Source: Octopus sinensis (lineage: Eukaryota). From it: a DNA stretch of 64,000 nucleotides. The position numbers and the translations under genes were made by a program. Shown piece by piece: positions 25,944-40,282 of the stretch (positions are counted from its first letter, which is position 1; each line of letters begins with the position of its first letter). Where the stretch lies: positions 34,906,001-34,970,000 of the forward strand of contig NC_042997.1 in NCBI RefSeq assembly GCF_006345805.1. The letters run 5' to 3'. The notes beneath the pieces are model-generated. The model saw nothing but the letters and a program-made list of their open reading frames with translations. It searched no databases and had not been told where the DNA came from.

Positions 25944-27220
25944 TGGGTGTGTAAGTATGTATTATGTATGTAGGATTACAAATAGCGATATTTGCTGACG
26001 TTTACATATCTTAAATATATACTTTAATACGAATGAATAACATTTTTTCCGTTTTGTATTGTTATCATAGAACAAACTATATACATATACTCTTTGGATA
26101 TTGTGTAACAAAAAAGTACGCACATACGTAATTGTAAGTGCACACACATACATAGAGATATACATATCTTTATCTGTATATGTATATATGTAGGTGTGTG
26201 TGTGTGTGTGTGTGTGTTACCTTTCATAAAAGCCATGTTGCACATAATATAACAGAACGTAACAGAACAACTATTCATTTATAGAAGGAACACCTAACAT
26301 GTAAGGGGGGAAGACACAGGCTCACACATGGCCAAAAGGAATGAAGTAATTTCAATAGTAAATGAAATAGAAATACATACGGAAGCATAAAAAAACTGCA
26401 TGGGTCCCACACATACAGGAACTTATATACACTTATACAAATACACACATCAAACATACCTTGCAACACAACGCACATAAACCTTGCATACGTAATATAT
26501 ATAAAGGGAAAACTTGCATACATGAATTAACGTACAATATACCGTTTCGTAAGGAATATATGACAAGCATATCCACCTACATAAACGTATGCATCAATAT
26601 ATGTGTGAGGTATGTATATATATATATATATATATGTGTATGTGTTTGCGCGTGTGTGTATGTGAGTGTATATATATATGTTATAATTTAGAACAAACAG
26701 TGAGTTGTCATTATATTACTCAGAGTTTCAAATGTCGTCAGCTATCATGTTTTTGTTTGTTGTCACATTATTATTATTATTATTATTATTATTAATATAT
26801 ATATATATATATACAGAGAGAGAGAGGGGGGAGAGAGAGAGAGGGAGAGAGAGAAAAATGAACAGTTACATACATGCATATACTACATAAATATGCCGAT
26901 TTATATATGTATATGTATATACATCTATGTGTGTATGTATACATGTAAATATATATGTGTTTATAACAATGTATGTATCTATATCTATACATATATATAG
27001 ATATGCGCGTGGCGTGCACGTGTGTGTGTGTGTGCGTGTGTGTCTGTATTTGCGTTTGCATGTATGTCTATAATCCTGAAGAATGTGATTGGTACTAAAT
27101 ATATTTCTTATTGGGCCATAACACAAATATTGAATAAATATAGGAAAATAAAATATAAGCCCATCGTATTTTAATATATCAGGCAATGATGTAAACTTCA
27201 TAATCCATTTATGATATGTA

Positions 27221-27603
27221 CTAGCAGTATCGCCCGGCGTTGCTCAGGTTTGTAAGGGAAATAACTATAAAGCATTTTTAGAGAGTTATAGCCCAAAAAT
27301 AGCAAAAAAAATGGAAAAAAATTATGGTAAATTTTTTTGAGAGTAAAAAATGTGGAGTTGCGTCCCCTAGACAGTTTGCGGTTTGTGTTTCTAATTCTCG
27401 ACCCCATGTCGAATTTATCGATTTTGTTCAGAACTGGGGGAACTTTTCAAAATTTTCGCTGCGTTAGTTTTGAATTATGACATTGGGCTATGTGTGTGTC
27501 AAGTTTCATCAGAATCGGTTGAAAGCCGTGGTCAGGGTGAGGGTACAAGCAAACAGACACACAGAAACACGCACAGACAAACTGCCGTTTATATAGAGAG
27601 AGA
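27221..27603 (-). mobile_element. Non-autonomous Helitron
   Basis: Minus strand A|TCTCTCTCTATATAAA...CCTGAGCAACGCCGGG-cgatactg-CTAG|T: 5' TC, 3' hairpin plus CTAG, inserted in an AT dinucleotide. Confidence 0.85.
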
Positions 27604-27611
27604 TATATGAA

Positions 27612-27944
27612 GGCGCATGGCTCAGTGGTTAGAGCGTCGACCTTACGATCGTGAGGTTGTGAGCTCGAATCCCGGACCGGGCTGCGTGTTGTGTTCTTGA
27701 GCAAGGCACTTTATTTCACGTTGCTCCAGTTCACTCAGCTGTAGATATGAGTTGCGACGTCACAGGTACCAAGCTGTATCGACCTTTGTCTTTCCCTTGG
27801 ATAACATCAGTGGTGTGGAGTGGGGAGGCTGGTATGCATGGGCGACTGCTGGTCTTCCATAAACAACCTCGCCCGGACTTGCGTCTAGGAGGGTAACTTT
27901 CTAGGTGCAATCCCATGGTCTGTGTCGTGACCGAAGGGGGTCTC

Positions 27945-27947
<3 letters not shown>
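27612..27947 (+). mobile_element. tRNA-derived SINE, family C
   Basis: A box TGGCTCAGTGG, B box GCTCGAATCC, core ttgagcaaggcactttatttcacgttgctccagttcactcagctgtag, followed by (TA)n. Confidence 0.88.
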
Positions 27948-28025
<78 letters not shown>

Positions 28026-28574
28026 CATATATATGTGTGTATTTGTTGGTTTTTTGTATGGCATCTTCTGTATATAGAATGGATAGAATGGTAGATTGTG
28101 GAATTGCAATTCTCATTTCATTGTCTGTATATCTAAATAATTTTGTATATCTAAAGAAATATGTAGATTGAACATAGCGATATTAAGTGTAGTTCAGATA
28201 TATTTATTACTATATCATAGTTCGTGCATGAAAATGTGCCTTTGCACAAGCATGAAATAAAATTTCTTACATCATTTTTAAGTAGATTTTCCAATATTTA
28301 CATATTGCATAACATACTTTTCTAGATGCTCACTTTTCCAAAATAAGAAATTGTCTTAATGACGTGTAGGGAGACTGTATTTCGTTATGCAATCATATTA
28401 TACTACAAACTATATTAAACGTATTTATAAGTAAAATGGAGGAGATTATTTGAGATACAATGTCCTCTACAGGAATTTGTATATCTTACATGATGAATGC
28501 AATAGTGAAATCATGTATTTCATAGTTTATCTATATGTTTCTTCTCATTCGGCTAACCTTCTGAGAAACGTGGA

Positions 28575-28770
28575 ATCTGAGTAGTTTTATATTAAAGAGA
28601 TGAGGAATTATGTCCATTATTTACATCATCTACATTTGGAGGATATCTGTCTATCTCTTGTTTGTTGTTAGCACACCGTTTCGGCTGATATACTCTCAAG
28701 CCTTCATCAGGTGTCTTGGGGAAATTTCGAACCTGAGTTCTCATTCTTAAGGCATTTTTCGATATTGTTG

Positions 28771-28839
<69 letters not shown>

Positions 28840-28916
28840 TTACTACCTAGAATCAAACTTGGAATCTTGGGGTTGCCCATAGCAAATATCGTCAAATGTA
28901 AATGATGTAAATAATG
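28575..28916 (-). mobile_element. Penelope-type pLTR fragment carrying a hammerhead, with an inverted partial duplication
   Basis: Hammerhead at 28670-28716. Segment 28883-28916 is the reverse complement of 28617-28648, across an (ATT)n tract. Confidence 0.6.
28670..28716 (-). ncRNA. Minimal type-I hammerhead ribozyme motif (U16.1 mutated)
   Basis: AGACAC-CTGATGA-A-GGCT(tgagagtatatc)AGCC-GAAACGGT-GTGCT. The core is intact except that the palindromic ACGT stem III reads ACGG. Confidence 0.7.
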
Positions 28917-29573
28917 CGGAATCTGAGGTTTGAGAACCATCAGCCCTGTTGATATTTTTTTCATCCTAACCTTAAAACTTTTGATCTATTAGAATTTACA
29001 TGAAGTATTTAGATTTCAATAAATTATTTGTTCATGTAATTTTGTTTAATGCGCATGACAGACATCGAATCTATTCGACAAATAGTCGATATTTATCTTT
29101 TGAGCCTCCGTGAAGAACGAGTGTCCTACGAGTAGTTTCGTGGTGGCCTATCAACTACTTTAAGCTAGCACTATGCATAGTACTTATTCTCACAAAAAGT
29201 AATTTTTGAAGAAAAGTAATCAGATGAGCTGTGATCCCGGTAGTGAAAGTATATCTGGTTCACATACCATCGATGAGCCTTATCCTCTGTTCCTATGTCA
29301 AATTTTAATTTATAATACATATTACATACTTCATATTATGGTCTCATATGTTAGTGTGTGTGTATGTTTGTGTGTGTGTGAGTGGGTGGGTCGTTGAGCG
29401 TGTGTGTATGTTGCGTATATGTGGAGTGTGGTATGCGTATTTGCTCTGTGTTCATTTCTAAAATATTCCTGCTTTCTAGAGGAAGATCGTATAAAATCCT
29501 CTCTGTCATTTGTGTTCCAGTTTTAGGTGAGAATAAAAGACTCTGAAGACAGTTTTATACTACCTTGCATACG

Positions 29574-29637
<64 letters not shown>

Positions 29638-29905
29638 TTCTATCTTTTCTTTTAATATCGCTCTTTATATGAATGCATATGCACAAAGACATCTACCTAT
29701 ATGCTTGTGTATCTGTGTTTCTGTGTATGCATACACACACACGCGCGTACGCACACACGCATACATACACACACATACACACACACACACATATATATAT
29801 ATATACGTAAAATATATAAGGTAGCGAGTTTTTATTTAAATTTATTATCAGTGGCCTAGCATGTATAGAAAAGTCAATAGACAGCATATTCTGAATATAA
29901 AATAT

Positions 29906-30453
29906 TGTACATTTAAACACAAGAGAAGCTAATTTTAACAGGCAGCTTTACACGCTAGAAGAAGCAGTCAAAAACGACCAAAACCACATTTAAGAGCAAT
30001 TTCGAAAGGAATGAAAAATATAAACTTTTACCTTGTTATTTTTACGATCATACCTAGGTTTCGAATTTTATTGAGCAAATAAAATAATTTGCCGGGCGAA
30101 ATTCTCATCAGTGACTGCGCCATAACATTAACATATAATTTAGACATAAATAACGCGTGTCATCATTATATATGATATTTTTTTAAAAATTCACCGCCGA
30201 AGCGCAGTTTCAAAAAGCAGCAAATGAAAAAATGCCGAACTCATCTTCTGATGAGAATTTCGCCTGGCAAATTATTTTATTTGCTAAATAAAATTCGAAA
30301 CCTAGGTATGACCGTAAAAATAACAAGATAAATGATTTTATTTTTCATTCCCTTCAAAATTGCTCTTAAATGTGGTTTTCCTCATTTTTGACTGCTTCTT
30401 CTGGTGTGTAAAACTGCCTGTTAAAGTCAGCTTCTCTTGTGTTTAAATGTACA
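29906..30453. mobile_element. MITE with ~206-bp terminal inverted repeats
   Basis: Arm 29906-30111 is the reverse complement of 30248-30453 with scattered mismatches, around a 136-bp spacer. Both ends lie in palindromic TGTACA, so the TSD length (TA, GTAC or TGTACA) is ambiguous. Confidence 0.9.
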
Positions 30454-30475
30454 CTATTATATATTACATATATAT

Positions 30476-30536
<61 letters not shown>

Positions 30537-31574
30537 ACATACACACGTACACACATACACACATACAAATACATACATATGTGCGTATACGTATGAGTAC
30601 AATTACAACCCACACACGCATATGTATAAATATATGGTGACATATATAAATAGATATGCATTACAGCGTTCAGATACATGCAATACTATTTTTATATATT
30701 TCTAGGAACCAGTGTTTCGACTTATGTCTTCAACAGTTCCATACAATTTACCACACAGCAGCGTGAGTGCATACGGGGTGAGAAAATATATGAAAAAGTT
30801 ATATGGATTTTGTGCATAACTCTGATGGTTTTGAAGTACAACATTGAATAAATTACATTCGAATATAAACTATTTGTATTTTCATTATGAAACACAACCG
30901 CAATAACACTGGATAAACTAATATACTTCATAAATATAAAGAAAATACAGAAAAAATATTTGTGTGTCTGCTTTCTTTCAAAATATTTGTATTTCTAACA
31001 TTATTTGGAATTTATGAAGCTATAAATTATTCCTCTATGTTATGCTTTAATACCAGTGTAATACCTATTATATATCAAACATAGTCATGTTTGTGGGTTA
31101 AGATGTGTATATGTCTCAACTTTAAAAACAATTATATTTTATTATAGACTAAACAGAATTAGTTTTGACTAAATGTTTTCTATAGCACTCTAAAATTATA
31201 CCCTAGAATTAACTTTGTAGAATTTCATTATACCAAATAGACAAAGCATTTGTAGCCATTGCGAATTATATATTATATAAGTTAATGTAAGCTGCTCTGT
31301 TGTTGATTTATATAGAACCGATATAATTAAAAACATTAAATTACAGGCGACTGTGTGGAAAGCAAAATTTGCAAAATAAAGCTTTTAGAGAAAATGGCCT
31401 TTTATAGAGATACATTATTCACTGAGTGATATATAGTTGTGAAAGTATATTAAAATCACCATTTACACTGAGATAGGTATGGAAATTAAAACAGCTGTTA
31501 TAGAGAAAGTTAATGTCGAAATGGTAACCAGTCACACTAAATGTTTGTACACACACTCATACACAGAGACACTC

Positions 31575-31606
<32 letters not shown>

Positions 31607-33335
31607 TTGTATATATATATATATACACACATATACACATACATGTACAAATATACATGCATATATATGTATATGTATATGTATATATATACTTACCCAA
31701 TAAATATGAGTGAAAGAAACCAAAGTATGTGTATAATAAACGGATGTAATAAATGGTTTTCTCATTGTAGATAGTGCAGGAAATAAATATGAGTGTTTCA
31801 CTTAATGTTACGCCTACTTCGTTTTATTTCGTAAGGGTTATGGGGACAATAAAAACACTCAGTGTTATTATTTGCCGTTTTTAGTTGCTAAGTAATTAGC
31901 ACAATCTTTGCTTTCTCTTTATGTCAGAACTTCGTAAGATGTTTATATTGAATGCTTATGATATTTTCTGGACGAACTATAAGCAAAGATAATATAACCA
32001 AAATAATTAATATTTTATTACATTTAGCTTCAATTCATAATACAGATTTCTGATATTGGCACAAGACCACACATGTCTGAGCTTGGCAACAGTCGATTAA
32101 TTTAAGCATTGTATATGAATAATATTTATTTAATGAACCCAGAAACATGTGATGTAAATTATAGCCGGGCAGTATTCAAATTCAGATCGTAAAACGAGAA
32201 AACTATTCAAAAAAAATTTTCTGTAAGGATGCTCTAGAAATATTTATAGATTCCACAACAAATATTTAGCGCAAAGTGCTTATGTATATTTTATATGCTA
32301 TCTGGCAGAGTCTTTATATCTCTTGACGTTATGTGATTGAGGTGTAAGGAATTTCGGATCAAATTTTGAATACTGCCATGGTGATTTTAAATTAATAGAT
32401 CATGAGTCAGTGCATACGTTTTGATATGGTAATACTAGTATCGTTTTCACCAACAGAAACAGAGGAAGAATTCTTTGTAATACTAAGATTTAAGAAAAAC
32501 AGTATATTTCAAAATTTTAAACATTAAAGTGGAGTATACATATCTACATACACACATATATACGCACACATACACATATACATCTATGTGTTAAATGTTT
32601 GTATGCGTGTGTGTATGGATACACACACGCATATTTATATATAAACACATAAAAACGAGAGGATAGAGAGAAAGACAATTTAAGACAGGGATTGATATAA
32701 ATCATGTCTAATAAACGTTTGATTTGTGCCTGTGTGTGTGTGAGTATACATACATATGTGTGTTTGTGTCCGCGCGTGTGTGTGTTTATGTGTGTATGCG
32801 TGTGTAGTTGCATGTGTGTAAGTGTGTAACTGCATGCATATAGAAATAATCATTGCAAAGAGAAATATATTTTCAGTACTTATTTTTTGAAACGCCGGAA
32901 GGAAATCTCTCATTCATTGCATACTTTGGTTTCGCTTCATTTTGAATATATAATTTCGTAAAAGAATAATAGGAAATAAATTAAAGTGATTCTGCATTCG
33001 ATATAGAATCTTAAATTATTTTATTTTGTATTATCTACTCATTCTATATCTGGAATTTTAACGACCTACTTACAACAAGAATTTTGCTTAATATCGCTAT
33101 ATTCACGAATAATTTTAGAAGTACATATGGACACAAGCATGCGGTATATATACATATATATATGTGCATGTGTGTGCGTGTGTGCATGTATATATAAATA
33201 TATATATGCATATATATGCAGTATGCATGTATGTATCTATCTATCTAACTATCTCTCTCTAACTCTCTCTCTCTATTTATATATACAAATATATACACAT
33301 ATATACATATTTATATATACATATTCATATATACA

Positions 33336-33402
<67 letters not shown>

Positions 33403-35654
33403 TATATACAGTATACATTATGTTTGCGGGACAAAGATATAAAAGGTGTAACAAACAGTATAAAATACTTCTAGAATTGTTAATCCGAACTTGGTATTAT
33501 TTTATTTCAGCAGATATGTCTGTCTTGGCTTAGAGTAGGCGCTTATTTCCTGCCGTTCAAAATTTCTCCCTTTATTTCTCTTTGCTTTTTCTTATTTAAA
33601 ACGCCATATCATTTCCAACACTTTGAAGAGAATCTTAATAATCATTATATCAATTTCTATACAAAATATCATTAAATATTTTCCAAGTTTCTATTCACTT
33701 TCATTTTCAAATTTGATAACCATAATTAGAAACATCATTGTATGCTGTTCATTTCCTTTCGAAATTCTGGATTACGCAAACAGAGAATCAGCATTAGAGA
33801 TGGCTGGAGATTGTAAACTATTAAGATTTGTTGATATTGCTTTTGTTTCTGTAAGGGTTTTAATATTTCTAACAAAAAAGAACAAAAACCTGATGCAAAA
33901 TTATATTCATTTTGTCATTTGTGTTGGGTTGCTGGTTATGTTCAGTCACAGATTATTTCCGATCGAACATACCTGTAAGCGAAAACATTCATTCATTGCT
34001 TTTGTTACAAACATAGTATTTGTAGGACTACATTAGGGTTAGGGTTGTTCATTGTATTTCTTCATTTTTACACAGTAGGTGTGGAATTTAGAAGACCCTG
34101 CTTGATACTAGGCATTTAGAAATGTCTGATAGTTACCATGTCATATGATTAATATGTAAAATAAAATAATTTGACTAAATGTAAAATGTTAATTTTGTGT
34201 ATCTTTCATAGAGATTATTCATGCCTAATCAGCTAGACACATTATAGTGAATCTATAGAGATAATTCTTTCTAGCAAGTGTTAGATACTAGACACCATTT
34301 CTTCTTTTATGGGAGTAAAAATATTTCTTCTCACTTTTGACAGGTTTATTGATGAGTGTTACCTATCTTTTTTTTTTATCAAATAAGTACTTATTCGTAA
34401 TAGTCTATAATATATGTCACTTCAATGTCTATGCAATATACACGCGTATATTTTATATGATTAACAGCATATGAAGCTTGAAATAATTTTCATTTATGAA
34501 GTAGAATGTAATTCCATACATTTTATTTGGACACTTGTTAACAGCATGGAGTTCGTTCGTGGACAGAAAAGGAGAGATTGGCCGAGCTAATTTCAATCCA
34601 ATGTGTCCTCTCTAAAGGTTCTCGGAGATCGTTGGATTAATTAAAACGATAGATTAACTGCAAGAAAGGTAACAGAGTTTCGGCAGCAGCTGGCTCCACA
34701 AATAAATTAGTTATTTCTTCAGCGTTTTATTCATTGCTATACAGTACTAGCTAATATATATATATACCTTTCAACACAAATAGAAATTCATTTATCCAGT
34801 CTATTTACTTAGGTCGTCCATAGTACACCGCTTAATGAGAGGACTAGCTTTCGGTTCTTGTATCTATCATTTCTGTCGTGTATCAACATTGATAATGTAT
34901 ATAAATGCAAGATGTTTATATTTGTCTAGTACATACTGTATCCGCAAAAATGTTAAATATATGTTCTGTATTACAGTTTAGCCTTGACATAAATCACTTA
35001 TAAAGCACAATAAATTTATAAATGTTTAGTTCTTATAGTTACTTATGTCTCGGGTTTTAATAAGGTAACTTCAAATTCTGTACTACTTGACGTCCTCGAG
35101 ACAGGCGAAACTTGAAATCATATTAAATAATTTTGTATAATATAACTAAGCCTACATCTGGCATTCAGAAATTTTATCACTAGATGTATGTTGTTACTTA
35201 TTTCTTAATCTTCTCTCTCATTCTCTCTCTCTCACACACGCACGAGCACACACACACATAGACACACATTCTATCTTTCTCTCACACACACATACATATT
35301 AATAGCTAAATTAACAAAAATCTAAAGGAGTTCACTTTTATGAACGTCGTGTTTTAATGTTTATACAATTATTGAATATTGGTAATACGAAGAATTGTCA
35401 ATTACAAATATTTCAATTCATTTGAAACTTTTCACTTGGTAGAATCACTATCACCCTTTCGCAAGCATTACCTAATGTCAAAATGAAATATTTAAGTATG
35501 TCTATGTACATAAATATATTTCTATTAAATAGAGTTGTGAGAATAAGGACAAAAACTATATTCATCAAAATTTCTTATACATGAATAAACTAAATTAAAC
35601 GAACAAGACAAAATCGCTGTCATAAATCTAATACAAACATACATAGATGCACAC

Positions 35655-35719
<65 letters not shown>

Positions 35720-37004
35720 TGAATGCATGTACGTACATACGTATGTATGTATTTGCGTATGCATGTGAACGTAATATTTGTGGGCATGTGTGTGTCTGTG
35801 TATTGAATAAAGAAAACAATTAAAACATTCCTTTGAAAGATTTCACCATTATGTCAAAAATAGAGAACTGTGTGTAATTACACATTAAAAAAATAATAAT
35901 ATTAGGATTTTTCCTGCTTGTAACAATAAAAAGCATTTTTGTCACAATTGAAATGTAAATTGCTTCGAATCTATACCCAAAACAGTTTCATGAGAAAATA
36001 AAGTGTATTTGTGCTAGGTTAAAATATGATTTCAACGCTCAACAAAATCAGATTATTATCAGAATAACTGGATGAACATGACAATATAAAGTTTGAATTT
36101 ATTGCATTATATGAAATGTTCTCATAATCATAAATATATCAAAAGACTGACTTTATGTTTTCATTGAAACCTTCAATTTCTGATGATTAATATTTTAACT
36201 GTATATACAATCAAATTCCTATTTTCTATAAATCGATTCCATTAAGAATTGAGAATACTAAATATATACTGATTTTGTATGTTCTACGAAAAGTAGTATT
36301 TATATTCGAAACATTAGATCCATAAATATCTCATTAAATGAATAATACTTAATTTAATATGTTATATAATTCTATTTAAAATGTTTAAAAACTGCCAGGC
36401 AAATGGTGGTAAACTTATGGCTTATATATTCATACAGTGGGTATATTAAAAAAATAATAATCTTTTATTGGGTTGGCCTAAAGGAAGCGGGTCTGACTAT
36501 GATCTTCTCATGCCAAACGAGAGTTTGATGTGCTTGTTGTTTTTCTAGTATAGTCGCAGGGCGATTGCTGCAAAACAAGCAGAGAGAGAGAGATGATTAC
36601 CTGACTAGTCTGTTAAAAAGAAAGTGGAATCTTAATGTGAAGTTTGTGCAGTAGACATACAACAGAGGCGACTGAGTTTTCAGACGAGGTTACGGGTAAC
36701 AGCCAGTTCTAACAAGAGAATCACTGAAATAATTATAGAAAATTTTGAGACTTCACGCCGCTTGGTGTGGCTGGAGCGAATCAGCGAGCAGTTTCATGCC
36801 AATAACCCACGTTTTTGATACAATGTAGGATAATTTTATATATTGCAGCATTGCCCACCCAGATTTGAGAGGTGTATTTCCCTGTTAATCTCACTGTAGA
36901 TTTATAAGTTTACAACTGATGCAAGATACTAAAATCCACAATTAAACATATATAAACAACTTTATCCTATGATACAGAAAACAAAGAAACCAAAACTACA
37001 ACTA

Positions 37005-37186
37005 TTGGTTTCAAATTTTCCCCAAAAGACCAGCTATTTCGAGGGAGGAGTAAATCAATTACATCGATCCCAGTGCTTAACTGGTACTTAATTTATTGTC
37101 CCCGAAAGGATGAGTGACAGGGTCGATGAAGTAAGTACTATTTATGCAGTGGAGTCAATAAAATCGATTTACTCCTCACCCAAAAT

Positions 37187-37234
<48 letters not shown>

Positions 37235-37261
37235 AAGAAGAAGAAGAAGAAGAAGAAGAAG

Positions 37262-37293
<32 letters not shown>

Positions 37294-37668
37294 GTGGTAG
37301 TAGTAGTACTGTAGTTAGCACGCCAGGCAAAATGCTTAGCAGTATTTCGTTTGTCCTCACATTCTGAGTTCAAAGTCTGCCGAGATCGACCTTGCTTTCA
37401 TTCTTTCGGGATTGATGCAATCGAGCTACGCCTCCCCCAAAAGTTTGTGGCAAAATTTGAAAGCTCGCAGAATCGTTAGCACGCTGGACGAAATACTTTT
37501 CACCCGTCGCTACGTTCTGAGTTCAAATTTCGCCGAGGTCAACTTCGCCTTTTATTCTTTTGGAATCGATAAATTAAATACCATTGAAACACTGAAGTCG
37601 ATATAATAGACTAGTGCCTTCACCATAATATCAGACCTTGTGCCTTTACTAGAAAGTATTATTATTAG
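37005..37668. mobile_element. Cluster of four SINE family B copies (one minus, three plus) around an (AGT)n(AGA)n tract
   Basis: Minus piece at 37005-37113; plus pieces at 37120-37187, 37312-37465 and 37471-37668. They share gttagcacg..gaaat..ctgagttcaaa..gccgag and the core motif. Confidence 0.8.
37188..37308. repeat. Compound trinucleotide microsatellite (AGT)n(AGA)n(AGT)n
   Basis: Read directly from the sequence. Confidence 0.97.
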
Positions 37669-38819
37669 TGCTGTTGATTTCGTTGTCTGGGTTATGCTGC
37701 AGTGTCTAGCACATTACTGTGTGCCTTGGGCGACTGCATTGAAATTATCTTCTGCAATACGTTTTTAGTGCCTAGTATCAATTTCAAGTCTATTCCCACT
37801 TCGTGTCTCCATTCAATTTTTATTGAATTTAAGTTTTAATCTCTCCTTCAGTGATGCGTCAAAAATATTATTACGTCTAATGACTGCCTTGTTACAATTT
37901 TAAATTCACTTACTTACAAAAGAAATAAAAATGCCTCACTGCCTTAATCATATTATAAGAAGGTGTGCTTTTTAAAGATGTTGTGTTTTGGTAATTTTGT
38001 AATGTCAATTTTGTAAATTTAATAAGTTAATAATCTGTACAATAAAACATTATTCTCACGAATCCATTCGAAGTTTATGAAATTGTTAGATTGATAATGT
38101 TACTGATGTGGCCTAATAAAACTGAAGTATGTTCGTTGTCACTGTACTTGGTGAGGGCCAAATGTATTCCTTGCGACATAGACCCATTTAATTGTTATTT
38201 GATTTAAATTTCGTTTTCATTCGTTTTCAGAAATTTTGTTACAAACGCTAATGAATTTCATTACTTGCTTTATCTCAAATGTTTAAACATTACTATGGTC
38301 ATTTTCTCTAGTTATGAGTAACCATTCTCAATAATATTTTATATATGCTGTGTACGCAGTCATTCTTTAGCTTTGGGGTGAATGTTCTAATATGCATTTT
38401 TGAAAAATCATGTGAAAAGTTTTCTTTTTTGATTTCCCCCTCAATACTGCCAACATGTTTTTAATTATTTCACAATTATTATTATTATTGTGAAGAATAA
38501 TTTGACTGAAACTAAAGTATTTTATAATATATATATAGCTAGACCCATAGTATTCTACTTTATTGTATTTAAGTCATAGACAACTATACGTTAGGGGATT
38601 ATTTTTGTCCAGCACAAAATTTATAATGAAATACCTAGAACTGTAATACTACTTATGGTAAACTAGTACGTTTGATATATCATAAAACACTGAACGATTG
38701 GCACATTCTAAATGCAAATTAATATTTAGTTGGATAGGATCGCAGTGATTGTTTGCTGAACATTCTTGTCAAAAGGAGTTATGAGAATCTCATTTATTTA
38801 TTATTATTATTTTTTTGTT

Positions 38820-38995
38820 ATCAATCTTGTCAATAATGTTGATTAGATTTGATTTATTGTTTTCAGATCAATATTGTCAAAAGAAATTGATTGTATCTCA
38901 TTTATTGCTTTCTGATCAATCTTTTCGAAAACGTTTGATTGGATCTGATTTATTATTTGCTGACCAGCTTCGTAAAAAATAATAATTGGATCTCA
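38820..38995. repeat. Degenerate 47-48-bp minisatellite, about 4 units
   Basis: Units start at 38820, 38867, 38915 and 38963 with consensus ATCAAT.TT.TC.A.AA..TTGATTG.ATCT.ATTTATT..TT.C.G. Confidence 0.75.
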
Positions 38996-39093
38996 GTTCA
39001 ATCCACACATTTATCAAGCTTGTTTAGAAAACGATAAACACGATCCAATCAAATTTGGATAAGATTGAAAGCAATCTCTCTTTCTCTCTATTC

Positions 39094-39304
<211 letters not shown>

Positions 39305-40201
39305 GTGTGTGTGTGTGTGTGTGTTCATATATTCCTGTTATTCAAATTATTCAAATAAACTTAGACAAGCATCCATATCGCATATACAAATACGCATGGT
39401 AAAACCTACGAATATATCCCCTCCTATATATATATATATATATATATATTATTATAACGTGTTTTTTTTTGTCTATGTTTGTGAGCGTAAATATCTTTAA
39501 GCGGAAAGGCTTATTCAGACTTACTATTTTTTAGCCAACAGCTAAATGATTATCAGTTAGAACTCCTTATGAACATCAACATACTTTACATTTCTTATTC
39601 AGAATGCAGTCAGAATTCTTTATTTAAATGATGTATTTTCTGTGTCATTCATATGTCACGAAATTCGTTCAACTACATCCCCGTCAATGGAATTGTCCTC
39701 CCTGTTCTGGGTAGTGTGGTGGGTTTTTCATTGTGGGGGTAACTTCGAATCCAGTTAACTATGCTGTATTTTATTTATAATAATCATTTTACTCTTAAAT
39801 TTAAATCTAAAGCAGAGGATGACGGTTAAAAATTGGTTAAACGTATGTTTAGTATATTACTTTTATATTTTCCTATCATCTGTAGACTCGCATTTTGATC
39901 AATACTCGTATTATTTATGGATTTAATCAAAATTAATTTCTTTAAAGTTATACACTAAACTTCGGTGGGCAGGAAATATGAAATGAAACAAGCGTTCGGC
40001 AAAACTTTCTTGTTTCGTCTCAAATGTTGACAAATGTACTACTTTTAATTCCTGATTCAGGAATGCCTAAAATGTTTCCTAACTTTAAATTCTGTCATAA
40101 TATACAGAATTTATGAGCTGAACTGGTAAGACATAGGTTATGGTATACATTAGTGTCTACAGTTAAATTTACAAAAACTAATACTGATTCGAAATATGAT
40201 G

Positions 40202-40282
40202 ATTTTGTGTATTTTTGAGTTTCCTGATAGAAATTTTGTGTATTGTTGAGTTTCCTGATAGAAATTTTGTGTATTTTTGAGT
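40202..40282. repeat. 31-bp tandem repeat, about 2.6 copies
   Basis: attttgtgtatttttgagtttcctgatagaa repeated with one mismatch. Confidence 0.9.

Noticed and set aside
27612-27690. tRNA genes (also 55354, 7332, 17650)
   Set aside because: A and B boxes are present but there is no complete cloverleaf, and each continues into a repeated SINE body.
28930-28970. ag|GATGAAAAAAAT (DEKN) as the DEKNQ exon start
   Set aside because: It continues INRADGSQ with no Q-x-L-x-T-x-x-W pattern and is in the wrong order relative to the missing WxPD exon.
30248-30275. CTGATGAG in the MITE arms as a hammerhead
   Set aside because: No GAAA after a stem II. The same applies to candidates at 10014, 26720-26741, 35086-35112 and 62750-62782, which lack a valid stem II or core.
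33623-34036. 137-aa non-microsatellite ORF
   Set aside because: AT-rich, I/F/L/K-biased, starts with TTG, and has no recognisable domain or splice context.
37110-37373. Poly-Ser/Arg ORF resembling an SR protein, and the opposite poly-Leu and poly-Thr ORFs
   Set aside because: Pure (AGT)n(AGA)n repeat between SINE copies.
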